From the human T2T-CHM13v2.0 reference genome, Homo sapiens, in NCBI RefSeq assembly GCF_009914755.1, contig NC_060932.1: a stretch of DNA of 64,000 bases. One strand, written 5' to 3'. Under the pieces are notes generated by a model. The model was not told where the DNA came from, searched no databases, and saw only the letters and a list, made by a program, of their open reading frames with translations. A program made the position numbers and the translations under genes. Shown here piece after piece: positions 45,461 through 61,469 of the stretch. Each line of letters opens with the position of its first letter. The first letter of the stretch is position 1.

Positions 45461-47756
45461 AAAACAATAGCTACGTAATGGTTGGTAAATAGATGGATAC
45501 ATAGATGATAGATAAATGATAGCTATAGATAGGCAGACAGACAGATAATAGAACTAGTCACCAGAAAAAGTGCTTACAATAAAGCTCAAGAAAATACTAA
45601 TTCCCAGAGTTCATTTATTACCTACAAAATTGCATTAGCAGTAGCGGCTTCCTTAATTGGCAAACTCTGGCTCCTGGAGAGAGGCATAGTTCTCTAGGAG
45701 GGTGCACACAGTAGGACTTTTGCCCACATCCAGGTCCTCACTGAACAAGTTGGAAACTGTTCCAGTAAACAGAAGAGGTTCCCTGGTCTTCTTATAACCT
45801 TTCCCAAGGCTGAGGACTTCATCATTAAAAATAGGGGTAAAGACTAACAAGGAATCAAAGATGCCATTCAGGGTCATAGCTCGGGAAAGAGCGTTGAATG
45901 TGGCTCCATTCCTATCTTTAGGAACATAGAAGTGTCGGTGGTTCTGACCGTGTGATGGAGGGTGGGGAAGGGATTGTTTCTCTTTGCAGCAGGTTAGGTT
46001 GAAGCTGCCTGGAGCACAGACATCTGGATGTGAATGCTCCTTAATCAGTTAAACTTAGCATTCCATATCTCAAAATGAGGTCTGGCCAGGAGAGACAGAG
46101 TGTGTAAACAGCAGTACATAGCTTTCATTTCAGCCTTGGGAAAAGACAAAATTGATAGTGGGATATGCAGACTAAGGAGGGAAGAAGCAAGAGGAAGAGG
46201 GAAAAACATGAAAGCAACCCTAAACGTAAAGGCTGGGCAGAGGAGGAAGAGCAAAGAAGAAACTAAGGAGAAGCTAAAGAGCCCAGAGATTTTACAGCAT
46301 CTAAGGAGAAAGAACATTTCAATTCTTTCAGGAAGCTTAGCTGAGCCCAGGAGAGATGCAGGGCAGAAGCTGGAGGAGGAAGTAGAGGTCAAAGAGGACA
46401 GAGGAGATTAGTATACTAACATGCGAATGAAAGAATCCAGTAGAAAGGGAGAAAGTGAAGAGGCAGGAAGGTGAGAAGATGGGTGATGCTCCTAACAAGC
46501 AGGGAGAAGACAGACTCTGCACCTAAGAGGAGAGTTAGGCCTGGGACTGGTTCGGGGCCACCTCTTTCATCATAACCAAGGGGAAGAAGGCAAGAATGGG
46601 CTCAGGTGCAAATAAGCTTTCAGGGCAGTGGCATGTAGGAGAGGGAGTTTTGACTGAGAATGTTGATGTCTATTTTCTCATTGAAGTAGAAAGTGAGTCA
46701 TCTACTAAAACTGAGGGGAGAAGTGGCAGGGTTGGAGGTATTTTTTTAAAAGAGTACATAAGATATTATTAGGACTTTTTGTAGAATAACAAATTGCCAA
46801 CTTAAAAAATTTGTGGAAAAAAATTGGAATCTCGTAATTTGTAGAGGCAAAAGTCTGCTGGGTCATGTGGGTTTTGTCTTTTCTTCAGCATTACTCAGCA
46901 GCCAAGATGTAGATATTTTAAAATGATTGAGGTTGGGGGCTGGGAGTCAACAGTGCTGCTCCAGAGTGAGTACCAGGGAGGGACACACAGTTACGATATG
47001 TGTAAGTGGTTGGAATGACACAATGGAATTAAGGCAAGGAAGAAAAGGAAAAAAAGACAGAAGAAAGCTGATGGATAGGAGCAGAGAGGTCAAGTTGTCT
47101 GAAATGTCAGACAGACGGAGAAACACATATAAAAAGAGCTAAGCAGATTGAAGGTCAAACAGTAGATGCAAATTTTCAACAAATGATCAATAAAACTGTA
47201 AGAGCTTCTTCTGCATATTTTAAAATGCAAACCAAAACATTCTCACCTCTCAGATTGGCAACAAATTTAAGTTTGATAATGAAGAACCCATCAGGTTGAG
47301 AATATGGAGAAAGAGTACCTTCCTATATGGTCAGCAGAACTATGAATTGGCATCAAACTTCTAAAATTGGTAATTAACAATATCTACCAAAATTACAAGT
47401 GACCATTCTGCCTGAGCAGGAAGTTTCATGGTAAAAAATTAGCTTAATGAGATACTTGGACAAGTTTCCCAAAATGCATGTAAAAGACATTCCTTCATTA
47501 TGTATTCATTCATTCCACAATTATTTACTTGGCAACTATAATATTTAGGGTAATGATTATCAAAATGTAATTTTCAAAAATGAAAACCATGACTCTTAAA
47601 CAAACATAGAATAAACACATGTCACAGATTTTATTCGACTCATTAATTATCAAGGCAAACAGTAATATAGTAAAGCTGACTCAAAGGAAATTTTGAGGGA
47701 AGGAGATTTATATGGTCCTTTAAAAAGAGAATGCCAGAATAAAATTGCTACAATAA

Positions 47757-48082
<326 letters not shown>

Positions 48083-49093
48083 TTAAGTTTTGCAAGAAAA
48101 AAAAAAAACAGTAACCTTTAAAGTTATCTTTTCCATGGGACAGAAATTATTTGTATCTTGACTGGACACAATCAATACGTTAACATAGGTCTTTTTAGAA
48201 TCTGAGACTTTAATTAATAGTAAAGAGCAAAGTCAGACAATGATACATTCTGCTGGAAGATTAAATGATTTCTAGGTGAGTTTATTAAATGATACCCCAG
48301 TATGACTTTGAAAGAATATGTCATATGCTTTTGCACTTATTTACAAATCCATATCATTTTTCTTAGTATAACCTATGTGCCTGGGATACAGCAATGAAGG
48401 CAAACACATTTTTTGCTTTCCTGGAGCTCACAAGAATGAGGACTTTACCTATTGGGCTGGAAGCAGCACTCAGAAGCCAGACTAGCCGTGTCTCTACTTC
48501 ATCCCAGGGGAAGTGGGAGGTGGAGGAAAAAGTAGCAATCTCATATGAGAGTTGCTGGGAAAGCTGGATCATTACACTTAGGATGAAATGAAGTCTTTCT
48601 GCCTGAGAATAGAAGTTTGAAAGGGTATACTGAAAACGTTTGGAAGGAAGGAGGGAAAAATTAGGAGTTTGAATGTTAAAGCAAAAGCATAGAGCATATG
48701 GAAATTAAGAGGAAGAAAGGGTCTAGAGAAGCCACCCAGGGTTGACATTGTGAGAATGACTAAGGACATTGATTCATGATGAGATGACCTGACTTCATTT
48801 CTCCAAAGAATTAATCAACTTCCAGTTTTCATTTCAACATATAAAGAGCCTCGAAGTTGTCATTCCTGTCCTTACAATAAGAAAAAGCTAGGCAAACTGA
48901 AAATCAATGACTTTCCTTGTACCAATCAAAAAACTGAACTCATTGGGAAAACTGTCACTCCAGAATCTGGAGAATCAGGTGAATCTGGAGAAATACAGCA
49001 ACCCAGATCTTCCTACCTGGAAGCAAAAGCCACTAGAGTCATAAACTGGTAGAAACGATTAAATGGTGATGTTGATGAATTGCTAGAGGATGA

Positions 49094-49580
<487 letters not shown>

Positions 49581-50569
49581 TAAATTTTTCTCTATAACAA
49601 AGGCCTACTGTCCAAGTAAAGAGACTTTGTAAAGTCTCAATCCTGAAACCTTAGTTCAGCTGGACAAAGAAGATGCCTTCCAACTCCAGGACTTCAAGGA
49701 AATAGATTGGGAATACTACAATCAGGGAGGAAAGGGGATGGGGGAAATAAAGGCTAAACCACTGCGGAAACACTTAGGAAAGTCACAAGCCAGAGCCCCA
49801 GATCCTCTAAAAGACTGAGACTTAATCAGAAAATTATAAAATGCTCTTTTTCCCCTACTCCTTACTACCATGCCAATAGGACGCCAATATAAAGACAGTT
49901 GATTTCAGCTGAGCACACTGCATGATGCAGACTCTCTCTGAGGAGGAGGACTTAGAGAAGCCCAAAGTGAGGAGAAGAGACAAAAACACAAATTCGGGTG
50001 GGATTTGACACATTTGGTACCTATAGCTACAATAAATATTAAGCATAGATTAATATAAACCTTCACATGAAAGGCTTATTTGTTTCAGTTCTTCATACCC
50101 AATACAACATGCTTGCATTTCAGCAAGAAATGAAAAGGCATTCTAAAAGACAGAAAGAATATACACACACACAGTGTTTGAAGAGACAAATCATCAGAAC
50201 AAGATGAAGATGTGACACAGCTGCTACAATTCTTGGACAGAAATTTTAAAATAACAATGATTAGTATGTTAAAGGTGCTCATGGAAAAATTAGGTAACAT
50301 GCAAGAACAGATGGAAATTGTAAGCAGAGAGATAAAAATGCTAAGAAAAAAAGCAGAAGAGAATGCTAGAATTCAAAAATACCGTAACAGAAATAAAGAA
50401 TGCCTTAGATGGCTCACCAGTTGACTGGACATGGCCAAGAAAAGAATCAGTGAACTTCAATATTCAATAAAACTTCTCAAACTGAAATGCAAAGAGAAAA
50501 AAGAATGGAGGAAAAAAAAACAGAACAAAATATCCAGTACCTGTGGCCAGTATCAAAAGGTATATCATA

Positions 50570-50875
50570 GGCTGGGCGCTGCGGCTCATGCCTGTAATCC
50601 CAGCACTTTGGGAGATCGAAGTGGGCAGATCACTTGAAGTCAGGAGTTTGTGACCAGCCTGGCTAACACGGTAAAACCCCATCTCTACTAAAAATACAAA
50701 ATGTAGCCAGGCATGGTGGCGCATGTCTGTAATCCCAGCTACTCAGGAAGTTAAGGCATGAGAATCATTTGAACCCAGGAGGTGGAGGTTGCAGTGAGCA
50801 GAGATCATGCTACCGCACACCAGCCTAGGTGGCAGAGTGAAACTGTGTCTCAAACAAACAAACAAACAGACAAAA
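50570..50875 (+). mobile_element. AluSx-like
   Basis: Dimeric Alu; TSD aaaaggtatatcata/aaaaagtatattata. Confidence 0.95.
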
Positions 50876-51149
50876 AGTATATTATAAACACAATTTAAAT
50901 GCCTTAAGGAGAAGAAACAGAAAATGGAACAGAAGAAATATTTGAAGTAATAATGGTTGAGAACATTTCAAAATTAATGACAGACACCACCATATATACA
51001 GATCCGGGGAGCTCAGAGAACACCAGGCAGGATAAGTACCAAGAAAAACCATACAGTTTTATCATATTTAAGACAATATATCCCAGAAGTCACCTGGTAA
51101 GTGAGTAGGTGGTGGGAATTCAACAGTCTGAAAGTACTTGTAGGCATTT

Positions 51150-51830
51150 TAAATGATGTTTGACACTTCAATTCTTCTCTCTTTTTCACCGTCCACATCA
51201 AATTGGTCACAAAATTCTACCAATTCTCTCAGAAAATACCTTTCAATTCCAGCATCTCCTTTATCTTCCTATTACCAGTGCCTGAGTCCGAGGCCTCATC
51301 ATCTGTTACTTCGAACCAACACAACAATCTATCTGTCACCAATTCCTTCCCTACACATGGAAGACAGAGTTGTTCAAAAAATCCAGCTGGCTCTTTCATA
51401 GCTGCAAATTGAAACCCAAATTCTGCTGAAAATCTGGCTACAAGTGACCTTTTTAGATTCATTTCCACTACTCACCTTCATGCACCCAAATTGAACATAG
51501 CTCCTCACTCTCTGGGCTGTAGTATACACTATTCCCTGTTCCTGGAACACTGCTCACCCCATTCTTCATCTGTCAGTCCTTATTCATCTTTTATCATCCA
51601 ATTTAAATATCTCCTTCTCAGTGAGTCTTTCCCATATCTTCGTAGTTAAATCAAGTGCTGGGCAATACTGCACCTTTATGGTATGTTGTTAGTAACTTGT
51701 CAAAGCAGTTACCATGTTACATCACCATTTATTTTTTGACATGTTGATGTGTGGTTCTAGAACATGAGCTCTGCAAAGACAGTCATACCACACAGTAGGC
51801 ACTACATAAATGTGTTACATGAAATGAAAA
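51150..51830 (+). mobile_element. L2 fragment
   Basis: ccacatcaaattggtcacaaaattct...tttaaatatctccttctcagtgag...cacagtaggcactacataaatgtg. Confidence 0.65.
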
Positions 51831-53249
51831 TATGAGATGATTTTTGGAAAGATCCTGACACTCAAAGACATTGATGGTGAAGATACAGAAGGAAATTTTC
51901 TGAACATAAAGAAAACCAATTGAGAGATGGTTGTGGGCATTTCATGTAACAACTAATTTGGAAACAAGAAGCTGCTGTTGTACTGGCCAGGAAGGCCGGT
52001 GATCATGGCATTTTATATTTCACTTGCACGAGAAAAAGCAGGTCCCTAATATGCAATGCTATATCAGAGATTTCTTCAATAAAGCAAAGTCTTTGGACCC
52101 TCCCAGTGGTATGTTCCTTCTTTCAGGGTTCACGCCATCCACCCTGTCATAACAGGAAAAGCTCAATGCCCTATGCAACACCCAACATCCCAACTTTTGA
52201 TAACCATGAATCATTTAAAAAACTCTCTTAAGAAATATTGAACTAATACATTCTAAAAAATATCAAAACTTTTGTGTTTAGAAAATTTTTAATGTTAAAA
52301 AATTAAAACTTTTAATTTAAATAAATTTTAGCAACCAAGTGGTTAATTTATTTTTAAATATTACCTATTTTATTTTGTTTTGGTTCAAACTCAGGATGTA
52401 AACCCAATTATAATCATTTGAACTTTCTCAGGTCAAGTCCCTGGCAGCCCTGAATGCTTCTGATGTGCACCTCTCTAAGCTTCCTCCAAGTTTGTCCACA
52501 GTGCCAGTCATCACCAATGTGGCAGTGCACAGCTACAGCCACAGATCAGGATAGGAAGGCACAAGTGAGGCCTCCTAAGCTGGGCCCAGGGCCTTGTCAA
52601 GAGTGAGGCAGCTGTCCCAGGGAGATCACGGTGTTAGGCTCTCAACCCCTCCCTTTCCTCACTGCAGAGGCTCTGGATTTGCTGTCTGCAGATGCCAACA
52701 TGATCTGTGGATAGAACTGAATTGCACCATCATTGACATTCTTTGAATTTTATTTTAGAGTTTAAAAACATCATCCTTGAGAAAGGGTCCATGGCATGAA
52801 AAAGGCTGCAAAGTCCTGCAAGTTTTCTTTACCAAAGAACTGTATTTTGTGGGGATCTGCATCCCCGGAAATACAACGCAAATTTTATCATATGTGCATT
52901 CTTCTGTAAAGTATCAGGGCTTTCACCAGCATAAAATGGGGTCTAGCAAGCCAAGAAGTTAATCCCATTGCTCCAAGGTGAGTTTGGTTCAACCTGACAG
53001 GTTTTCACTCAGTTTCTTTAGGCATCTCAAAAATGTCTTTCCACCCAGTTTCTATCAGCATGCACTATTTATTTTAATTTATTTTAGACCTACAGGAAAA
53101 GCAGCCAATAATTGATCTGCATGTTAACTACTCATGCCTTTTTATTTAAATCCACTAGGCCCAGTTTAGGGTTTACATTGTCAACTCAGTGCTTCAGGCA
53201 GCCCTACATATATGACATCCCTGCCCCATGGGCAGAACAAGTCATTTTG

Positions 53250-53696
53250 GGTCAGGACATTTTACAATTTACCAATACTTCCACAAATGCTATGCCATCT
53301 CATTTTTACAGTAAGCCTTTAAGGTGAGAGTTAGTCCCCTCCCCTAACCTCCCAGTTTCACACTGGGGATTTAAAGCAAGTCCCAGCCTTCGCCTGATGG
53401 GGCAGGAGAGCCCTGCAAGGGTGCAAGGCTTTACACTCACTCCCACCTTATGTCCCCATCACTGGTCACTGGCAGTGAGCCACCCTGGGGAGTGCGATGA
53501 GGGGATACTCCCAGGCGTGTTGAGCAGCTCTCAGGTCTAGGGCAAACTGGGTCCAGGAGCTTAAGAACAGGTCTCCAAAGAGTCACAGGTGCCAATCACT
53601 CGAAGCCAAAGCACACAGAAGCTTGGGGGCTGGGTGCAAAGATAGAGTGAAAGGGATTCAGGAGGATTTAGGTGGAGCATTGACAGTACTGCTGCA
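53250..53696 (-). mobile_element. LTR33/LTR16-like ERVL LTR
   Basis: Ends ggtggagcattgacagtactgctgca, resembling the reverse complement of the LTR33/16 5' terminus. Confidence 0.4.
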
Positions 53697-55134
53697 AGAA
53701 GACTGTTTCCCCCAGACAAATCTGAAATTAGATATAGGTCTTCAAACTTAAAATATCACTATTGTGTTGAGCCCTCCGTTGTCTAGAAACCTTGCTTTTT
53801 TTGAATATTCCTGCTATCCTACTAACCAGAGGGTATACTTGAAACCTCATTGCCACTCACTCTGTGCAGACTCTACTATAAACCTACACAAAGTCGCCTA
53901 ATAAATCCCAAAGGATATAATAACAAGCCCTGCTAAATTGATTGCTAAAAATAATAATAATAAGAAGTAACATTCTTTGTTAATTCACTGGTGATAACTG
54001 CGGCTTCCTTCAATGTGACACAGGATGGGACAGAAGGAGAGACTGATGCCTATTGAAAGAATGACTTGAATAGAATATCTAAAGTAAGATGTATTCACAG
54101 GAAATGAAGTTTCATTAGCTCAGATGCCTCCATATGGAACTACTTGTTGGGTCAAGAGCTTTCCAGAAAACCATATGAAACCCTGGGAAATGTCTGTTTT
54201 GGACACAAGAATTCCCAAGGGATTTTATGGATTCAAATCTTTGTTATGGAAAAAGAAACTTTGAGCTTTGCCTGGGAAGTCTGAATTCTGGGAGACATGC
54301 CAGACTCAAAGCTGACGTGATTTGCAATAACCTTCTTAATCAACCGTAAAAATCAAGGCTTTATCGGTTTTTTTTTAGAGATAATCACACACTGTAATTT
54401 TGAAGAGTAAGACTTATTGTGAGAAAACCATGTGTTTTAACTAGGGTATATGTTTGTTTAAAAGACTGACTACTAAATGTAAGAATTTCAGCCAAGAATT
54501 TTCCTTGTACATAAATATCCAATAAACTGATGCTTTCAGATTCCATTTGCCCATATTTTTAAAAGATAAAGTGACTTCAGAGACCTCTCATGATTTGAAC
54601 TTGGCTTTGATAATTATAAAATCATCTTTCTAAATAAAAGAAATTGCTTTCACTGACAAAAGTCAGAAACTCACTCATCACTTACGTGCAGCGTGAAGCT
54701 GAATTTTTATGTAAACAAATCAGAATTCTGAAACCGGAGCACAGGCAGTCTCATTTTTACTAGCATGGCTCTGAGACTATTATTTCTCTTAAATAATCAG
54801 AATTTTGACCTTTTAATTTCAATGCAGACTATCTGAGAGAGTAAGCTGTACTTTTCCAAAGGGCCTAGCAAAGCAGTTTTGAAGGTCTGGCAGAAAAAGA
54901 CGGTGAACTTGAAGGGAGAAACAGATCAGAAATGTCAATACCAAAAGAAATAGTGAAGCAAGCAGAAAGTAAAGTTGAGCCCTGGGGCCTTTCTGTTTTC
55001 CATCTGTGGCCCCCTCCCTTTTGAAATATCTAATTCTTTGAAGCTGCTCAGGATTCCTCAATGGGTCTCATCCAGATACGCTCAGCAGAATAACATATAG
55101 AGCTTTAAAAATTAAATAAAAGTTCCTGAGACTT

Positions 55135-55615
55135 CATGTTCCCAAAATGTGTTCTAGGTACCCCTGGAGGCCCTGAGATACTGTCAGAGGGCTACAAGGC
55201 CAAAATTCTTTGCATAATAATACTAAGGTGTTATCTGTCTTTTTTACACTTTTTTCCCTTAAGTGTGAAGTAGAGTTTTCCAGAGGTTATATAATGTTTG
55301 ACATTATAACAGATGAAAATGCAAAAGCTGGTAAGATAATCTATCTTCTCTTGTCAGACATTAAAGAGATTTGAAAAATGTTAAGGATTGCCACTCTTGT
55401 CACATCTATTTTTCTTTAAAATGTAGTTATTGTCCGTAAAAGTTTAAGACAACATATAACGTTTATTACATCATAAATGGATTAATAAATACATATCCTT
55501 AACATTTCTCAGATTTATTTTGGAATATGGTAAATATTAATAGATACAATCCACATAATCAATAGAACTCTGGACCTTTAATAATTTTTGAAGAGTGTCA
55601 AAATGGTCTTAAACA
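55135..55615 (+). mobile_element. hAT-Charlie (Charlie4a-like)
   Basis: cataataatactaaggtgttat...gttttccagagg...cagacattaaagagatttgaaaaatg...ggtaaatattaatagatacaatccacataa. Confidence 0.75.
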
Positions 55616-56284
55616 TTTCATAACTCTCCTAATGAAAAAACTGAGATGTTTCGTAAAAGGTAAACTACAGTTTTAGATGAAATACAAGCTAACATAGTAA
55701 TAGGTGATTTGTAGGGCTCAGAAACAAAGTAGAATCCAGGATTCCCATAGGCAACCAAGTACCAAAGCCAGTTGTGCTTTGAAGATACCTGCTTAGGCCT
55801 AGAAATCTTGGGCTTCTGCTCTGAAGGATACACAAGGGCTAAAGCCAGGGACCTCTTGCTGGGAAGTCTGATAGAATCCCTCTCGTGAAACTGAAACTCC
55901 AGTGGTTTATGCCCTCAGTGTTTGGATAAGCAAGAATAAATGTATCAAAATGGGCTAGTCAAGAAATTTGCCTTTCTTAAGTTTGGTGCTGAGTGGAGGG
56001 GGAAAATAACAACCCTCTTAAAAATTCATAGCTACTAAAGGGCTCTCATGCTGCAGGGTAGTCCAAAATTATTCCACCTGCGTTGTCTGAAAAAAGCTCA
56101 CATGAAAATTTTAATTTGATAGCCTTTGGATAGTGGTGCCTTTGGACAACTGGCAGAACCAAACACAAATTCTCTCTCAATGAGACAATTGTATACATTT
56201 TTTTATCAGGTATAAACACCAGGCAGATGTGACAATAACCACAGAAAAGTTCTGGAAATCAAAAATATAATAAAACTTGAAATT

Positions 56285-56861
56285 CATACAATGGCTTTCC
56301 TGTAAGCTCTGTAAGGTCTCCCTCTGACTCAAGGCCAGAGAAGGTCAGTGAAGTCACCAATCCAACCTCTGCCAGCTGAAGCAGAAAGGGATCAAGGATA
56401 GACTGGTGACCTGTAATCCTTTGATTGTCATTCCCGGCGTGAAGCTAGGAGAACACTTTGGTCTACAGAAGGGAGACACAAGATGTAGGCAACAGAATGG
56501 ACAATGCCAATGCTCACGTGCCTGAGAAGGTATCCTGAAGGAGGAGGAAGAGAATTCTGCATCGGTCACTCAGCAGACACCACAGATCTACTGAGAACAT
56601 ACACTGCCACCTGCTTGTACCTGAAAGGTACAAGCTTGTGCCATAGCTTGTACCTGAAAGGAAAAAGAAAAGTAGTCAAGAACAAATAGATTCTTGTGGA
56701 ACACATCCATAAGCTGATGGCTATAGGCCAATAAGGAATTCATCAAGACTCAATCCAGGCAGGAAGAGACTACAGAGAAATTGCCACTGTCTCCCCTTTG
56801 CTGTCCACACATAGAAGCCTCATCAATTCACCAATAATGGTCCATACCATAAACAAGGCTA
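56285..56861 (+). pseudogene. RPL19: Highly degraded processed pseudogene of ribosomal protein L19 (eL19)
   Basis: Translated blocks match RPL19: IKDRLVTCNP vs IKDGLIIRKP; ANAHVPEKVS*RRRKRILHRSLSR vs [50 protein letters not shown] vs [39 protein letters not shown] vs EIIKTLSKEEET. Intronless, with stops and frameshifts; putative TSD ttgaaatt at 56277-56284 and 56862-56869. Confidence 0.88.
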
Positions 56862-57269
56862 TTGAAATTAAAAGGTACTCAATAGACTGATTAGACAATA
56901 GACCAGGCACATCTGAAGAGGCATTTCTTGAAAGGGAGAACAGATCAGAAGATACTATCCACATGCAGTACAAACAAAAAAACATATTAGAAAGTACAAA
57001 AGAGATTAAGCGATGTGGAAGATAAAGTGAAAAGGTCTATTATATTTCTAATTAGAGTTCTAGGAGGAAATAACAAAAGAATAAGGAAGAGGAAATATTT
57101 GAAGACAAATGGATGAGAAGTTTTCGAAATTACTGAAGCATATTAATCTTCAGATCCAAGAAACCCCAAAACACATTTAGATACTTTATTCCCAAATTAT
57201 AGAATATCAAAAAATAAAAAGAACTAAAAGCAACCAGAGAGAATAGACTGATAACAAGAGAATAATTTA

Positions 57270-57555
57270 TACCAGTCACAGAAGGGCAAACACTACATGA
57301 TTCCACTTGAATGTGCAATCTGAGTCAAACTCAGGAGCAGAGAGCAGAATGGTGGTTGTCACAGGCTGCAAGGAGAAGCAAATGGGGTGTTGTTGCTGAA
57401 TGGATATAGAGTTTCAGTAATGCAAGATGAGTAAGTTCTGGAGATCTTCTGTACAACACTGTGGCAACAATATTAACTAACAATATTTTACTGTACACCT
57501 AAAATTCTGTTAAGAAGGTAGACTTCAAGCCGTGTTCTTACCAAGATAAAATAAA
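57270..57555 (+). mobile_element. L1MA/MB 3' end nested in older L1
   Basis: ccagtcacagaagggcaaacactacatgattccactt...aatggatatagagtttcagtaatgcaagatgagtaagttctggagatc. Confidence 0.8.
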
Positions 57556-58382
57556 CACAAAAAATGAAAATTTCATACTGAAAGTTGATTTCTCAATAGC
57601 AACAATGGAAATAGAAAGAAATGGAACAATATTTTAATCAATATGAGAGAAAATAGCTCTCAAATTATAATTTCATCTTTAGTAAAACCTTTTTATAAGA
57701 ACAAAGACAAAATCAACATTTTTCAAATAAGAAAAACCTAGGAGAATTTACTACTAGATCCTCACTAGAGAACATTCTAAAGGAGACACTTTTTAAAAAA
57801 GAAAATGTGCTAACATGGAAGCTTTGATATGCAAGGAGAAATGATAAACAAACATATTGGTAAATATATGGAAATTTCAGTATTTATTGATCATAAAAGA
57901 ATAATAATATCAAATTTGTGGGGCTAAAAAACAAGATAGAATTAGGATAAAAAAGTGAAAGTGTATAGAATTTTGGAGGGGATAATCGTGTTTAGAATTA
58001 TTTGAAAGACAGTAAACATATTGATTTTATCCAAAGAAATTGCTAAACATGCGTGTTTAAACTAGGTAGAATAGCAATTAAAGAGTTGACATAAGTATAT
58101 AATTCTCAAACCAATGTTGATTTTTTCAAAATTTTAAGAAAAAACAATCTCAACCAAAAAGAAGGCAAATAAAGGTAGAGAGAAGGGAAGGGAGAAAAAA
58201 GGAAACAGAGAAACATGGAAAAATAGAATTCATGTAATAGGAAATAAATATAAACATATGAGAAATCACAATAAAAGTAAATGGTTACACTATTGAGTTA
58301 AAAGATGAAAATTAATCAGATTTTTAAAAAATGTTGTTTAATCAGATTTTTTAAAAATGTTGTTTATAAGAAAGACCAAAAG

Positions 58383-58606
58383 AGGAGTGGCAGACTATAG
58401 CCCGTGGGCCATGTCTGACACCCATGTCTGAGAGCCCGTGGGCCAGGTCTGACACCCAGCACATTTATACATGACTCTTTGGCTAAGAATGGTTTCTACA
58501 GTTTTAAATGGTTGAAAAAAGATTATGTGACAGAAACTACATGTGACCCACAAGAGCTAAAATATTTAACGTCTGGTTCTTTAGAGAAAAAGTTTGCCGA
58601 CTCCTG
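58383..58606 (+). mobile_element. MER58A-like hAT-Charlie
   Basis: ggcagactatagcccgtgggcc...ctaaaatatttaacgtctggttctttagagaaaaagtttgccgactcctg. Confidence 0.8.
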
Positions 58607-58669
58607 CTCTAAAATATAAATCATAAAATCCAGAGAGGAGACAGATTGGAGAAAGATACATTAATTTTA

Positions 58670-59095
58670 TAACAGACCGTGATTCTCCTTCAATGTCCAA
58701 ATATTAACTAGACGCATGCACATCTTGCTAAATACCATGTTCGTTAACCTCTCTTATAGTTAGATATGGCCAATAAGACGTGAACTGAAGTGACTTACGT
58801 AGCTTCCAGGTCAAATCTTCAAATACATATGCCTCCCACTCCACTTTACCTCCTTCTCAACAGAACAGAGAAGAGGGAGTCAGGGTTGGGGTGAACCATC
58901 TTTGACCATGTGAATAAGGTCATCACGAGAAGGCTGGCAAAGCATTGAGACAGAAGGCACCTGGGCTCTATAATCCCTGTACTACCTACCTTCAGATCAT
59001 TGCAGATTAGGGAGAAATAGTCTTCTCTCTTATTTAAGCCATTCTTAGGTGGGAATCTGTGTTACTGTAATTTAGCCTGTATCTTAACTAGTACA
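58670..59095 (+). mobile_element. MLT1-type LTR
   Basis: tggccaataagacgtgaactgaagtga...agacagaaggcacctgggctct...tatttaagccatt. Confidence 0.6.
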
Positions 59096-59783
59096 TCAAA
59101 CAAACGCTAACTAAAAGAAAGTAAGGTGGGCATAATAATAACAAACAAAACAGACTTTAGAGCAAAAAGGGATCAAAAGTCTCATAATGATATAAGGCTC
59201 ATTTTACTGGAAGATATAACAATTCTAAAATAACATATGACTCAATTCTGCACTTACATAACTTAATGGAACTACAAGAAATAAATAAATCCATTATCCC
59301 AATGGAATACTTAATACCTCTCTCTCAGTACTCAATAGATAAAGCAGACAATAAAATTAGCCATAAAAGATTTAGAAAGAAAAATTAATATGTTTCATCC
59401 AATGGGCATATGGAGAATATTACATCCCATAATTAAATAATTTACATTCTTTTAAAGCACAAATAGAATAGTTTTGAAAACTGACTACATTCTAAACCAT
59501 TAAGTTAACGTTAACAAATTTCAAAGGATGGCAAGATAGATACAGAGTGTATTCTCAGACCACAATGCAAATTAGTTACAAGTCAAAGACAAAATAAACC
59601 AAGAGAAAAAAACATGTTTACAAATCTGGCAAAATTCTAAACAAGTCAGAGATCAAAGAAGAATAATGCAAAGTATAAAATATTTATAAATGACCAGTGA
59701 CTAAAATGTTTTCTAACAAAACTTGTGAAATGTAGCAAAAGCATTACTTAGTGACAAATCCATAGCCTTGTTAAAAGATAAGT

Positions 59784-60455
<672 letters not shown>

Positions 60456-60460
60456 ATAAG

Positions 60461-61340
<880 letters not shown>

Positions 61341-61469
61341 AACTAAACACATAACTTATAATATTTCGGAGGAAAAAATTGCCCAGCAAGATAAACCCAA
61401 AAAAGTAAAAGATAAAGTATATAAAGAAAAGAGCAAAAAAAAAAAAAAATTAACTAAAATGCAAACAGA

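Larger units (their letters stand above)
55620..59770 (+). mobile_element. Old L1M (5' UTR, ORF1, start of ORF2) hosting multiple nested insertions
   Basis: A-rich sense L1 remnants, e.g. ctcaatagcaacaatggaa and tattctcagaccacaatgcaaattag, continuing across the inserts. Confidence 0.7.

Noticed and set aside
45653-46047. About 130-codon stop-free minus-strand frame with a possible acceptor at 46008
   Set aside because: Several frames this long are expected by chance in 64 kb over six frames; no recognisable homology
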